A stretch of 63,560 nt of DNA, the filler included, from Bipalium vagum (lineage: Eukaryota): the NCBI GenBank assembly GCA_037834085.1. It is 3 parts of 3 records of this genome, joined end to end, with 100 filler letters (N's around TTAATTAATTAA, not from the genome) between each part and the next. Parts side by side here need not be neighbours in the genome. Positions count along the whole stretch, not along the records: positions 1 to 21,487 come from JBBMKC010236580.1; positions 21,588 to 42,956 come from JBBMKC010238443.1; 1 more part is not named here. One strand, written 5' to 3'. The stretch's first letter is position 1; the number at the start of each line of letters is the position of its first letter. A program made the position numbers and the translations under genes. Shown here piece by piece: positions 13,401 to 25,733 of this stretch. Below the pieces are notes generated by a model. The model saw nothing but the letters and a program-made list of their open reading frames with translations, had not been told where the DNA came from and ran no database searches.

Positions 13401-16400
13401 CAAGAGTGCTCTCAAACAAATTTCACAAGTCCGGTAATTTTTTATTCATTTATTTTCCCTCGTTATTTTACTTACTACATGCCATAAAAAAGTTGATTTA
13501 AATTAAAAAAAGAAAATCAAAAAAATTTGTATTTTACAAATATATACATGATAGAATGCTAATATTATTCAACGATGAGCCACACCAACACCAACTCTTT
13601 TTGAGACAATGATCTTATCCACAATTCGAGACTTCATATCGAATAAAGAAGTCAGTGTGTAGACCAAAAATCAGCTCTCAAATTGGTCCATAATTGGCTT
13701 AGCTCGTTAGACGAAGATTTTTGGCATCGGTTATTCAAGGAATTGAAGAATTCAAGATCATTGGATTAAGGTTATCACCGAAATCATTTAATTTGTCCAC
13801 ATTGTTTTTACCAACATGTGGACGACCATTATCCATTTGGATGGAAACTGTTTGACACTAGCACATTTTGTTGAAGATTTCTGGTATGATTTCATCATGC
13901 ACTAATTCGTTCAAAGAGTCCGAGGTCATTGTTGCATTAACTTTGTATACTTCACCCTTTTTAATTTTACTTTTTAATTATTTATTATTATAATTATTAT
14001 AATTATTATATATTTTAATATTACTTATCTATCATCACTATATTATCTATATTATTATTTTATTTTCAATATATTAATTAATAGTAACAGTTATTATTTA
14101 TTATTTATCTTATTAAAATTAATTTAGTAATATTTTTATTTTTTCTATTTTACTTTTCATTGTTATAATGACTTATTATTTTGAATGTTAACGTAATAAA
14201 TTTAATTCAATTCCCAGGAATTTTTTTTGGAATATACATATTCAAATATAAAGAAATACACATTCAAATGTGATTGGTTAAAATAAAATTCAGATAAAAA
14301 TGTTGGATCATGTTTATTTCCCAACCCATGTTTGAGCACCCAAAAATAGAAATTATGGGACATACTATATATTTTCCTGATTTGGCTTCTAACGATTTAT
14401 TTTTATTCCCAAATGTGAAGAATAAGCTGCGTGGACGACGATTTTGCACACCAGGGGATGTGGGTGATGCTTTTAAAGCTCATGTTTGTGAGATACCCAA
14501 ATCATCATGGGTAAAATGCTTTGAAAATTGGTTCAAGTGTATCCAAAAAAGTATTGACAAAGAAGGAGAATATTTTGAAAAACAATGACAGTTTATTATA
14601 ATTAAATATTAGTTTTTGATATTTTTTTTCACGATACATATCGAGCAACCCACGTAATATCTTATTTACTCCCATTTCAAATAATATTTATTTTAATTTG
14701 TTTTGTCACTACTATATTTTTTAATTTTAAATATTCAAAATTTATATTTTTTATTATTTATTATAATTATATAATATCTTTATTGAATTTCTTTCATTTT
14801 ACATTTTTAATATTTTAAAATAATTATTTATTAATTTGAAATATTATTTTTAAAACTACTTTTTATTGTTCATTTTTGCTATGAAAATTTTATGCCATTG
14901 ATAATTGATTTGGTGTTAAAATTGTCTTTAAATCATTCTTTTTTGTCTTTGAAATTTTAGGTCAAAACTGAAATTGGCCAATGAAAAGTTGACCAATAAT
15001 CATATCCAGGTCGGTTTGATGGAACAGAGAAAATTCAATTTGAAATTGCTCTTGAAGCAGGTAAACTTCTTTCTCCTTCTTTTTCCTCCTCACACAAGAT
15101 TTTTCTTTTTCATTTATTTTTACTTTCTTTTATTCATTTTCCATTCGTGAAGAAAAAAGAAAGACAGACCAGTCTTTTTCCTCGGCTATTTTATCGATTT
15201 TTCTACCTCCCCCTTCCACTATTTATAATGAAAACATATTCCTTTTCTTCAGACACGCGCGGACACCCATACATATGGCACTATACTAAAATCAATATCA
15301 AATTCAACTTGTAAAATGTGTTCTTATATTTATATTGATTTTTTAGTCGTTTTTTAAAATACAATCACGATTTTTTTAAAAAAATATACACTACATCAGT
15401 CTTTTTCTGTTTTTACAGTTTAAACATATCAACAGTCATCAAGAGATTTACTTTCCAATAAAATAAATTGCAGACTAATTTTCTTGAGATCCCAAAAAGG
15501 AATTTAATAGTACTCTCTTTCTCTTTTGTCTCGCTCCATTTCCTAAGGTTTCTTTTTCTGTTTTTATTACGGGGCTTTTTCTTGTTTTAAAGTCTTGTAT
15601 CTCTTTTTCTCATTTCTTGTTTATTTTCTCTATTGTCATTCTTTTTCATGTTTCTGTCAATTTTTCTTTGTTTCATTGTACATAATAATAATAATTATTA
15701 TTATAATAATAAATTTATAATCGTCATCGATGGTGGTGCAGCTTCGAATTGTCAAAACAGTTCATTCAACCCAGACCGTCATCCAGACTTTGTTGTCGAC
15801 TAACGATTTCTGCGGTGCACTCGATCTGATCGCCGGCACACAGAGCCTGATGCAATACGAATTGCTTCCAATCTCAACGCCTTCGGCCTTGCACGGAAAA
15901 TTCAGAGACGACGACAGCGACAGAGGCATATCTCCTAGTATATCCTCTTTCACTTCGTCGTCGCCGATTTTGTGCTTGCGTCACGTGCACGCCCAATTGG
16001 TGGAAATGAGAAAGTTCGTTGAGAAAGTCGTTCGCCAAGAATTCCTGAACGCTATCACCAACCAATTGCGATTGGACATTGAGACGACAAACGATGGACG
16101 CCGTACTCCAACGCAAACCTTGCTTCTCACTAACGGTCAGGATCATTGGTATGACCAATCAGAACCGGACTGTGACGTGGACAAAGACGTGCAGCGAAAA
16201 CAAGAAATTGATAATGCCAATGTAAACTTGTTAATTTTTCAATATTAATAGAAAATAATTAATGATAATTAATCGATGAGAGCACTAATTATACAATATT
16301 AATGATAAATAATCGATAGTAGAACAAATTAATAAATTATGAAACTGATTAATCAATAATATCGATAATTAATTAATTATAAAATTGAGTAATCAATAAC

Positions 16401-18987
16401 TAACTAATTTATGATAACGATGATCAATAAATTATAGAACAAAACAATCAATAATATCTTTATTTTTCAGTCGTCAGCCAATAATTTCAATCATCGTCGT
16501 CATTTATACTGTCATGAGTTGGTACCCAGTCTTTTGGCCATGATCCGGATTGTTTTGTACGGTTGCCGGTCGTCGGCCACCTCCGTGGTTGACATGATGG
16601 CAACCACGTCTTCCTCCCCCTTAACAACAACAACGAAAACGACGTCAACAGTCACGGCTTCGTTTTCCAACCTTGCCACCGATTTGCTCGTGCAACTGTA
16701 TCGCGACGAGGCCATGGAAGTGTTGAGAACGATTATCAAGTCGCGCACTGTTCAAACGTTCTCCGGCCATTCCATCAGTTTGAACTCGACCACAACATTT
16801 GCTGTAGCCAGACAGTCAGCAGTGGAATCATCAATGAATGGAGAAGGATCAGGAGGGGGACAGAGTATTGACGATTCGAAGGCAACAACAGTTGGTCAAT
16901 TATCGATTGATGCCATGCTGAACGATCAAATGCGAGCATTGAGTTTCGATCAATGGATGGATTTGATGAGCCATATTTCGCAGGATATGCTCTTGTTACT
17001 CGACAAGGTTCAGGTAGGCATTGGTAATTGATGAGTGATAACACTAATTATTCGATAATAGTTATTAAATAATCAATGAAAACTCGAAATAATAAATAAT
17101 AGAGAAAAATAATCAATAATAGTGATATTTAATCAATCAGAACTAACGAATTAACAATTTCACTAAATAATAAATAATAATTATAAATAATCAATAATAG
17201 AATTAGCCAATCTATAATATAACTACTTAACAATAATAGGAATAAACACTCAATAATAACAAAAAATAATAATAAAATTATATTAAATAATCAATAATGG
17301 TACTATTTAATCAATACTAGCAAAAAACAATTAATAATAGCACTAAACATCAATAATTTCATTCCCTCATCTTGCATATAAATCCAGGCTGGTTGTAAGA
17401 CAATGACAGAAACGATATTGATCAATGTTGATCAGTCCGGACGACTTTCTGATAATCATCAGAATTTGATTTTGGCTGTGCACAACGAGGCAGGGAGCGC
17501 CATAACGGAACAGCTCCGGACGACGGTGATTACGGAGATCGAAGCGCTTCCCGAACGACTGGTGCTGGAGATCCAGCAGAAGCTTGTTGGACTTGTGAGA
17601 ATCCGAGCGAAAAATCGATTTCTCGAACGACTGCTGCCCGCCCAAATGGTACAATTGAATCGATTTCTCCAATCAGTGTCAAACGAGCTCAGGTCGAGGT
17701 TTGTCGATGATGTGGAGGATGGCCAACGACATCACTCGTCTCTTCCCAAGACTCATTCTTCTGATGCTCGTCATGCTCAGTTGGTGTGCGATTTGGTCTT
17801 GTCTTCTTGCCTACAAACATACGCGATTCGACTGGTCAACCGATTCCACAATGAACACAAAGAAAAACTACTTCTCATTCTCGACACTGATTTGTGGCGC
17901 GCTGCAGAAGTGCCTTGTCAGTTGCAAGTAGGTTCCATCATCCACTCTTTTCATTATCATTCTAATGTTTTTTTTAATTATATTGTTTTCCTGAATTTTT
18001 TTATTGATTTTTTACAATTTTGCTTTTTATTTTATCCATTTTCTGTATTTTTTCAATTTTTTGAATCTTTATTTATCGAATTTTCTCTCCCAGGATTTGG
18101 CGAAACACATATCCAACCAACCAGGACTATCGTTACTGGACCGGAATGGTGTCAATTGTGCAGCACAGACGCAAAATTCAGTAATATCCAATGCCGTTCC
18201 AGTCAGTCACCAGTATTTACAATTGGAGCATAGTCGATTTACTGTGGTCGGAGCGGCTCTAATGTTGTTTCAAATGATTGTTGAGTATTGTCAATGTGCA
18301 ATCGATTTGCACAAAATTCCCAAAGTGTGCGAATTGATTTTGCAAAATTTGATTTTGTTGCTGGAAACGTTCAATAGTCGCTCGTATCAGCTAGTGCTGG
18401 GAGCGAAGGCTCGTAAATTGGTAGAATTGGAAACGATATCAGCCCGGAACTTGGCACTTACGGCGCGCTCATTACAATTGGTTTTGGCTTTGACGCCGAA
18501 AATATCGATTCAGTTCGCCAACCTTGGAACTGGGACCGAGGGGAAAGAAGAGACGGGAACAGTGAAACCATTGAATCACTGGAACCATTTGGCGGACGTA
18601 GAACAAAAGTACCGAAACCACATAAACGATATCAATGATAAGCTGATTTCGCTGATGGAGGAACGAATCAAGACTGCCATGGCTTCGTGGACCGGAAAGC
18701 CGCCCACTCCAAGCACTGAGATGCGCACAGTTTGTCAGCACTTGGCAAAACTACATACTGCTGTTTGTGACGTTTATCAGACCAGTGGAGAAACGGATCT
18801 CTTTCTCAAAATCCACAATGTTTTCAAAGCACAACTTCGAGCTCGTATGAAAGACGTCGATATCGTTATGGACAACGGTCCCAAGCATGGAATTCTGAAA
18901 TTGGAGTTGGCTTTTTACATGAATCAGCTGATATCATTTTGTGGCCTGAAAAAATTCACAGACAAGTTCCACGACATTTGGAGGTAG
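10434..18987 (+). CDS. VPS54: Vacuolar protein sorting-associated protein 54 (GARP complex subunit), about 1204 aa, 10 exons
   Basis: Exons 10434-10746, 10837-10931, 11058-11244, 12916-13280, 13336-13433, 14961-15060, 15742-16221, 16471-17013, 17388-17927, 18094-18987 total 3615 nt and stay in frame, all GT-AG. Hallmark motifs: VNLPAVLNDP, DIFSKTWG, VPKLFFQPDFNL, KLSHYLDIVEINIAKQ, VHSTQTVIQTLLSTNDFCGALDLI, FNSRSYQLVLGAKA, ISARNLAL, NGPKHG. Confidence 0.95.
13540..13960 (-). mobile_element. mariner N-terminal remnant in VPS54 intron 5
   Basis: Minus-strand fragments such as DNGRPHVG (GRP linker) and CGxDHCL near 13600-13830; decayed. Confidence 0.4.
14290..14656 (+). mobile_element. mariner transposase 3' end with right TIR, in VPS54 intron 5
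   Basis: GHTIYFPDLASNDLFLFPNVKNKLRGRRF...WFKCIQKSIDKEGEYFEKQ*, followed by ...gagcaacccacg|ta, a mariner TIR end. Confidence 0.85.
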
Positions 18988-21487
18988 GCGGGGACGTATG
19001 CTGGTCTGTGATGGATAGAGAGTATCAGAGAAACAGCCTTCTTTGAACAAAATTAAAAAAAAATTAATTTGAACCGAGCCCAATCTGTGATAGAGAGAAA
19101 GTTCCCAGGCATCTTACGAGAGAATTTTGTATTTTTAATAAAACCTTTTATTTCACCGTTTATAATATGAACGAAATTGATTTAGGTTCTTCGGGGTGGG
19201 GTAAGGTTGTTATATGTGTATAAGGAAAATTTGAGAGTTCCTGTGGTCAAAAGAAAGATCATAGGTAAAAAATTAAATAATTTTTGTGTTAATTCTGAAA
19301 AATATGTATAGTTAAATTTTATACCAGACCCATATTTGCCGTAGAGTTTTCGAAAATGTCCAATTTTTGAGCGGGTTTCTGGAGAATGTGAACAGTGACA
19401 AAAGACCGATTATAATAAAGAGAATGAGATTTATCTCTGAATGGCGTTAATTAATATTCATTAATCAATTTAGTAAAGTTCTCGAATAAATGAATTTAAA
19501 TATTAATGAGTGCATAGTATAGAAAAATGTAATCAATAACTGAACTGGAATGCAAATATAACCTTGGACTTAACTTTAATGTTAAGTGAAAAGATTATCT
19601 TTTGCGACTATGTCTCATTTGACTTAAATTTCGCTAATTTGTTGATTATGAGGACATTTTAAATGTTTGGAATTTGAGTGGAACGTCACTTAGATTATAT
19701 GAAAATATGTTTGAAACAAAAGCAGGATCAATATTTCACTAAGTTCATATATAGATTCTTAAAAAATTAAGAAAACAGTGACTTAATGAGTGAAAACTCT
19801 ATTGCAAAGAATTTCTGAGAACAAATGACTCTGTCTCTTCGATTATTTGGAAACTGTTGGATGTGTATTTATATCACATGCTCAGCTGCATTTATTATTA
19901 ATGTAAAAGTGATTAAAACTATCCAAAATATAAAATAAAGCTTTCGATAAATATAGAAAATGATTTAATTTATTTTCCAAAAATGATTTTCCTAATTAAG
20001 AGTTGTATCAAAAATGTTGAAGATGTCATTTCCCTCAATTAAAAAATATTACTCAAAAGCTGACCATTAACAGTACTCTATTTAAAAATGCAATTTTCCG
20101 TTGGGCATTAATTGGTCTCATTGTTTCATAAAATAGCATCCTCTTCACAAATCACAACCCTGGCCTTATATTTTCATGATCAACCCTAGGAGAATTTAAA
20201 AGCCTTTTCGCGGTAAATTTCTTAATTAAAAATATGGAAAATATTGGACAATCAGAATCTACAGCAAATCTAAATCTTTTAAAATTTTTAATCTTATAAG
20301 AATTTTTACATTTTAGATTTTTTAATTTTTCAAGGTCTTTAAACTGGATGATTTAATTAGTTAGAACTTTTATCGATCGACTTCAAATCAAAAAAGTGAA
20401 AAATACAGGGAAGACCGTTATATTTTTACGAACAAAACACAAAGGTATTGATATGTTATTAGTGTGATTGGTTGGACGTCAATGGATAATGATAGTAGGA
20501 GGACCAGGAATATCAGGTTGACTAAAAATGTTCTGCGTCATCACTGAAGTCCACAGATGTCTTTTTTGAGATTTTCATCAAATAAAACTTAATTAAGCTA
20601 AATGGTTGGATGACCATCCATCATGATAGGTAACAGTTTTAATGAAAAATCGAGAATAAATCCAACTGGAAAGAAAGAGGGAGAATAATAATAATAACAG
20701 AAAGGTTTTCTCTGGTAAAATAATAATTTATTTATTTATGCAATGAAAGACAAACTTTTACGAAACACAATGGAAATGTTGACTGAAGTAGACTTCCTGA
20801 AACAATGGAATACTTAAACATTTCATGTAGTCAGGAAATATCTTCGATTTCTCTACGAAAACGTTTCTATTATTTAATTCCATCTCTCTTCTTCATTTCA
20901 GTTTTATTATCACCAAAATGAAACCTAGAACGTAAAATGTGTCTACATTGCAAAATATTGTCCAATTAACAATGGAAGTTATGAAGATGTCTGATTGACA
21001 AGAAAAACGGAAATAACAGTTTCACTGGAAATAATTATTTCCCTTTTTAAATATTATACAAATAAGATTTTCAAACGTTATTTACTAATTGGTAAAATTC
21101 AAGATTTAAATTTTGAAGTTTTTTTGTTTTAATGAATTCACAATAAATATTTCTATGGTAACACGGTTATTTTGAGTAAAAATTCCTTTTAAGTCACTAT
21201 CAGGTGTCTAAATTTTGGTTAAAATCATCTTTGGAACGTTTTTAAAATATTTTAATTTGATAACATTTTTAATTTAACTTTTTTAACTTAACGAATTTAT
21301 TTTATAAATTTTGTATATTTTAGTATGATATATTAGTAACTGAATCCTTACCCCACAATTGGCAAATATTTCGTGCTTTGTATTAAATAGCGTTTTATAT
21401 TATAAATATATAATAAAATCTTAATCTTGTGAACAATATAAATTTATTTTTCGAATATACGCCTTTTATTAAATGAATACAAAATTT

Positions 21488-21587
21488 NNNNNNNNNNNNN
21501 NNNNNNNNNNNNNNNNNNNNNNNNNNNNNNNTTAATTAATTAANNNNNNNNNNNNNNNNNNNNNNNNNNNNNNNNNNNNNNNNNNNN
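21488..21587. other. assembly gap with artificial six-frame-stop linker
   Basis: 44 N + TTAATTAATTAA + 44 N = 100 bp; identical structure at 42957-43056. Confidence 0.95.

Positions 21588-21655
<68 letters not shown>
21588..21655. repeat. (TTA)n microsatellite at contig edge
   Basis: More than 20 tandem tta units directly after the gap. Confidence 0.95.
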
Positions 21656-21687
21656 TATTAACAAACAATTAAAGTCAAAATATTTAC

Positions 21688-24273
21688 TTCTAAGCTCAAA
21701 TCTTCCGTGTTCGGATGGGGAATGGAGTGAGTGACTACTCCTGCAGTCTCCTGTAAGAAGATGGAATATTTTAGGAGAAATGTCAATAACAGAATAATAA
21801 TAATGAAGAAATATAAAATTGATTTTTCGGTTTGTGGCATATATATAAATCAAACCAATCAATTAAACACCTTGCATGAGCCAATTGATATATAAAGCAA
21901 GAGAAATATTATATAATCAAGATGCAAAAGACAATCATAATCTAAGGACACTATATTCAATAACTAATCAAAATATAATCAATATATAATCAATATATAA
22001 TCAATATATAATGAACATTTCGACAGCGGCGGAGGTGATGGTGCTGTTCTTTTATAGGACGCCCCTTTCAGCATGCTTCTAACCACACAATCTCGCGTGC
22101 ACGCAAGGTCAAACACACCCACAGCCACACCCACACAGGCATTACACGAGCTCTCTGTCAAAATCAATAGGCAAACCTCAATGGTTTTACGAGTTCGAAA
22201 ACCTTTATAAACCGATTGAATCTTCAGAGCTGCCTTCTCAACTTCCGGATCGTTGAGATCGATGTCCACAGCATCGTCAATGTTGTGTGCCAAACTTTTC
22301 TCAGGCTTTTTTAGAAGTGACAAAAAGAGGAAAAATAATTTTTGTTTTACAAACCAGAAAAAATGTATTTTCGTATGATTTTTTGCAGAGAAATTTCACT
22401 TTGTTCTTTGATTGATTTTGAAACTTTATTCTCGATTTGTTTTAATTTTTAAATTATTAAATTTATTATTATAATTATTCTTTTTATTACTATCATTTTT
22501 ATTATTATCATTATTCATAATAATTATTATTTAATATTATTTATGTTTTATTATTTATTATATTATATGTTTATTATATTATTATTTATTATTTATATAT
22601 ATTATATTATATATATTTTATATTATATATTTTATATTATATATTTTAATATTACATTTTTTATTAAGCGCTTACAATTAATATTTTAATATTAATATTT
22701 TAATATTAATATTATCACTCTTTAACTTTTATAAATAGTACATTACTATTATAAATAGTGTATTACCATTAATATTATAATTCCTTATTTTTATTTTTAT
22801 CATCAAATGTTTAGTATTATTTAAAACATTTTATTAGAAATAAAATTATAAATAAAATAATAATTTTATAAAATATTTAAATAAAATATCAATAAAAACG
22901 TTCCTTACTTCGTTACTGGGTTCACGATTCTCTTCTTCGGTAATTATAAAAGATTCATCTTTGGTTAACTGATTGATCTACCCATTTTTTGAAACAATGT
23001 TTTAAGGTAAGGACAAAAAATTTCAATGTTATAATATTTATAAATTTTATTTAATATATATTATCGCCAATCAGTTTTATTATTACTTTACTATTACTGA
23101 TAATTATTAAAATAATTTGATTAGTTCTTTTCATTAATACAATTAATTATTAATCTTATTATTATTTTTTATTACTTGTTATTTTTTGATTATTGATTTT
23201 TATTTTTTATTTTAACAGTTTTTTATTTCATTAATTATTTACACTTTTACTATAATCATTATTAATATAAATTCTATTTTATTTTATTTTATTATTATTG
23301 GTAATTATATATATAATATATATTAAAATTATAAATATATATTAAAATTATTACTTCTGAAACCGTTTCCTGGTTGATATTTTTATCCTTAATTTGAAAA
23401 TGATATTTTATTTTTATAAAAAAATATTAAAAATAATGATAAAAAGTCAATAATTTTATAGTTCTCTTTATGAAAGAAATAAAAAATGTTTCATAATTAA
23501 GTTTTGTACACAATTATTTAAACTAATTTTAAATTAGAAAAAAATATTATTTAGTTGTGGTTAGACATGAAAATTTTTTGTACTTCCTTTTTCTTTAAGT
23601 TTTTTTAGTCTTTAGTAAAATAATATTTAATTGTTTAACAACAAATGTATCAATAAAAATAATTAATTAGAATAAAGTGATACAAAGCTTAATATTCTTA
23701 AGCTCTCCTTCGCTTCTTCTTTAAAAAAGATCGAAAAAATCAAAAATAAAGTTTATGAACTTCAAACTTACTGATTTTTAATAATAATTATTATAATCAT
23801 TATTATGAGTAGTATTAAATTATTGTTGTAATTATTATTAATATCACCATTATATTTCTTATTATTTTTAATTTTTTTAAATTATTTTTTATTTATTATA
23901 AGAAGATTATTCAAGCTTCTTTTATTTTTAACTATGTAAATCTAAATTTAAATAATAATTATAATAATAATAAGTTATTCAATCATTATTGTTCTCAAAT
24001 TTTTAACATTTTATTGAAAAAGATAAATAATGATCAATAAAAAATATATATAATTATAAAAAAGATGACAATTTTAAATACTTACTTGTAAATGAATATC
24101 GGAATTTGACCTAAAATTTAAATAGAAATAATAATTTTAATAATAATAATAAGAGTTAATAATAATAAAATTTAATAATAATTAACATTAAAAATATATT
24201 AAAATAAATATTATCAATAATAAATATAAATAAGTTTAAGAGAATTTATAATTTATTACTACTAATAATCAAT

Positions 24274-24326
<53 letters not shown>

Positions 24327-25659
24327 TGTTATTGTTATTGCTATTATGAGAATTGTTATTAATAGGAAAAGTAATTAAATGAAACATAATTATTGATAAT
24401 GATAAATAAAACTTAATTATAGTAATAAAAAATTATATTATTATTTATTTTTATATAAAATATTCATGAATTTTATTAAGTATTCAAAATTTTGAGAATC
24501 AAAGAAACACAATGTTATTTATTTGATTTAATCTTAAAATTCTTATTCTCTTCGGTAAAAACATTAAATCATTAATGGATTAATTTAAAAATTTACAAAG
24601 TAAATAATTTTTTAAAATTTATTTTAATTTAAATATTTTCTAAAATTACCGTAAAGTACCGGGGATAAACCGCACCATACGTATAAGGCGCACTCATGTT
24701 TAAAAATAGATTTCATTTTTCTTTAGATAAGGCGTTTATCCACATATAAGGCGCACAACAAATATTTGTTTTAATAATTCATTTTAATGTAAAAAATGTG
24801 TTTAATTTAAAACTAGACATTCATATAGTGCAGAACATAAGCTGAAGGTGGTGGGGTTTGCAGAAAAAAATGGCAATCGTGCGGCTGGGCGAGAGTGTTC
24901 AAGAAATGTTAAAATGGTTGGAAAATATATTCTTTCTTTAAACCAAAATCATTATAATTAGCATCCATTTTTTTTCTGTTTATGATAATTATTATTATTC
25001 AAACAAATTAATTCTTCATTTTTTAAATCAAAATAATTACAATTTGGTTTGTTTAAATATTCAATTTAGTCATTCTCGATATCAACCAAATGCTCGATAA
25101 CTCGTTAACATATCAATATAATTAAATGGGAAATCATTATATTTACCTCACGCTTTGTCGTTCCAAATGTCCACGAACAGACGCCTGAATGATGATGGCA
25201 GCCTTTTCTTCTTTCATCGAATCGACCTCCTTCTTGGCTGCATGTCTCCGGAATTCAGACTGGATAATTACTGCTGCCGACTGCTGTTCTTCATTGTTTC
25301 GGTTGGTGTTGTGATTCTGATTTTGATAATGGTCAAATAATACCACGATATCTACAACAAAAACACCCAACCTTAAAGCAATGATTGTTGTAGAACCGAT
25401 CGTCTAATTTGGCCCCCAATAGAGCTAAATCGTCGTAACCAGTCTCTAGAATCCAAAAAAAGATTTGTCAATCACTTTACAAAGTTTAAATTCTCGTCTT
25501 TTAACCTTGACGTTTTCGTAATAATTCCTCGAAATAATCTGCAGCAAAGCTGTAGATATTTTCCGGCTGGCATCTCAAAACTTCTCTTGCCAATCCTTCC
25601 AGAACATTTTGGAATCCTTTGGGTACTCTTAATCTGGTATTCGAGAACGGAACTGCCAT
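21688..25659 (-). CDS. SPA17: Sperm surface protein Sp17-like: RIIa D/D domain plus 3 IQ motifs (3' end unresolved at gap)
   Basis: Exons 25659-25506 (MAVPFSNTRLRVPKGFQNVLEGLAREVLRCQPENIYSFAADYFEELL), 25445-25372 (GAKLDDRFYNNHCFK), 25316-25147 (two IQ motifs), 24110-24086, 23369-23355, 22977-22909, 22305-22177 (DIDLNDPEVEKAALKIQSVYKGFRTRK), 21750-21688. All GT-AG and phase-consistent. A possible terminal exon lies at 20924-20870 beyond the gap. Confidence 0.88.
22020..22165 (-). promoter_or_regulatory. intronic GC-rich promoter/enhancer-like island
   Basis: On minus strand: two GTGGGTGTG/T GT-box (KLF/SP-type) motifs, GGGGCG, then TATAAAAG at 22056-22049; AAGGTCA half-site on plus strand; CpG-rich in an otherwise very AT-rich intron. 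Confidence 0.4.
24276..24326. repeat. (AAT)n microsatellite
   Basis: About 17 tandem aat units. Confidence 0.9.
24649..24905 (+). mobile_element. 5' fragment of a pogo-like element (BrkDBD-type transposase start)
   Basis: ta|CCGTAAAGTACCGGGGATAAACCGCACC terminus with repeated TATAAGGCGCAC subterminal motifs, then RHSYSAEHKLKVVGFAEKNGNRAAGRE (Brinker-DBD-like N-terminus of POGK-type transposases); truncated. Lies in a SPA17 intron. Confidence 0.8.
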
Positions 25660-25720
25660 TTTAATTCAACAAATTCAATGAGATTTCAGAATTTTTTAAA
25701 AACACTTAAGATAAAATTTC

Positions 25721-25733
25721 GTAACTAAGCAAC
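25721..25733 (-). promoter_or_regulatory. RFX X-box upstream of SPA17
   Basis: GTTGCTTAGTTAC on minus strand, 62-74 bp upstream of the ATG; matches the imperfect GTTGCC-N-GGYAAC X-box palindrome typical of ciliary genes. Confidence 0.65.

Noticed and set aside
21532-21543. TTAATTAATTAA palindrome flanked by Ns (also 43001-43012)
   Set aside because: Artificial scaffolding linker with stops in all six frames, not biology. ORF 21536-21862 running into it is spurious.
21872-21928. Hairpin as a known miRNA
   Set aside because: No convincing match to a conserved miRNA I recognise, and it has a large asymmetric bulge. Kept only as a side note to the intronic promoter finding.
23690-23735. Possible extra SPA17 exon (aag|AAGAAGCGAAGGAGAG)
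   Set aside because: Hits a stop in the required phase and lacks a clear GT donor.
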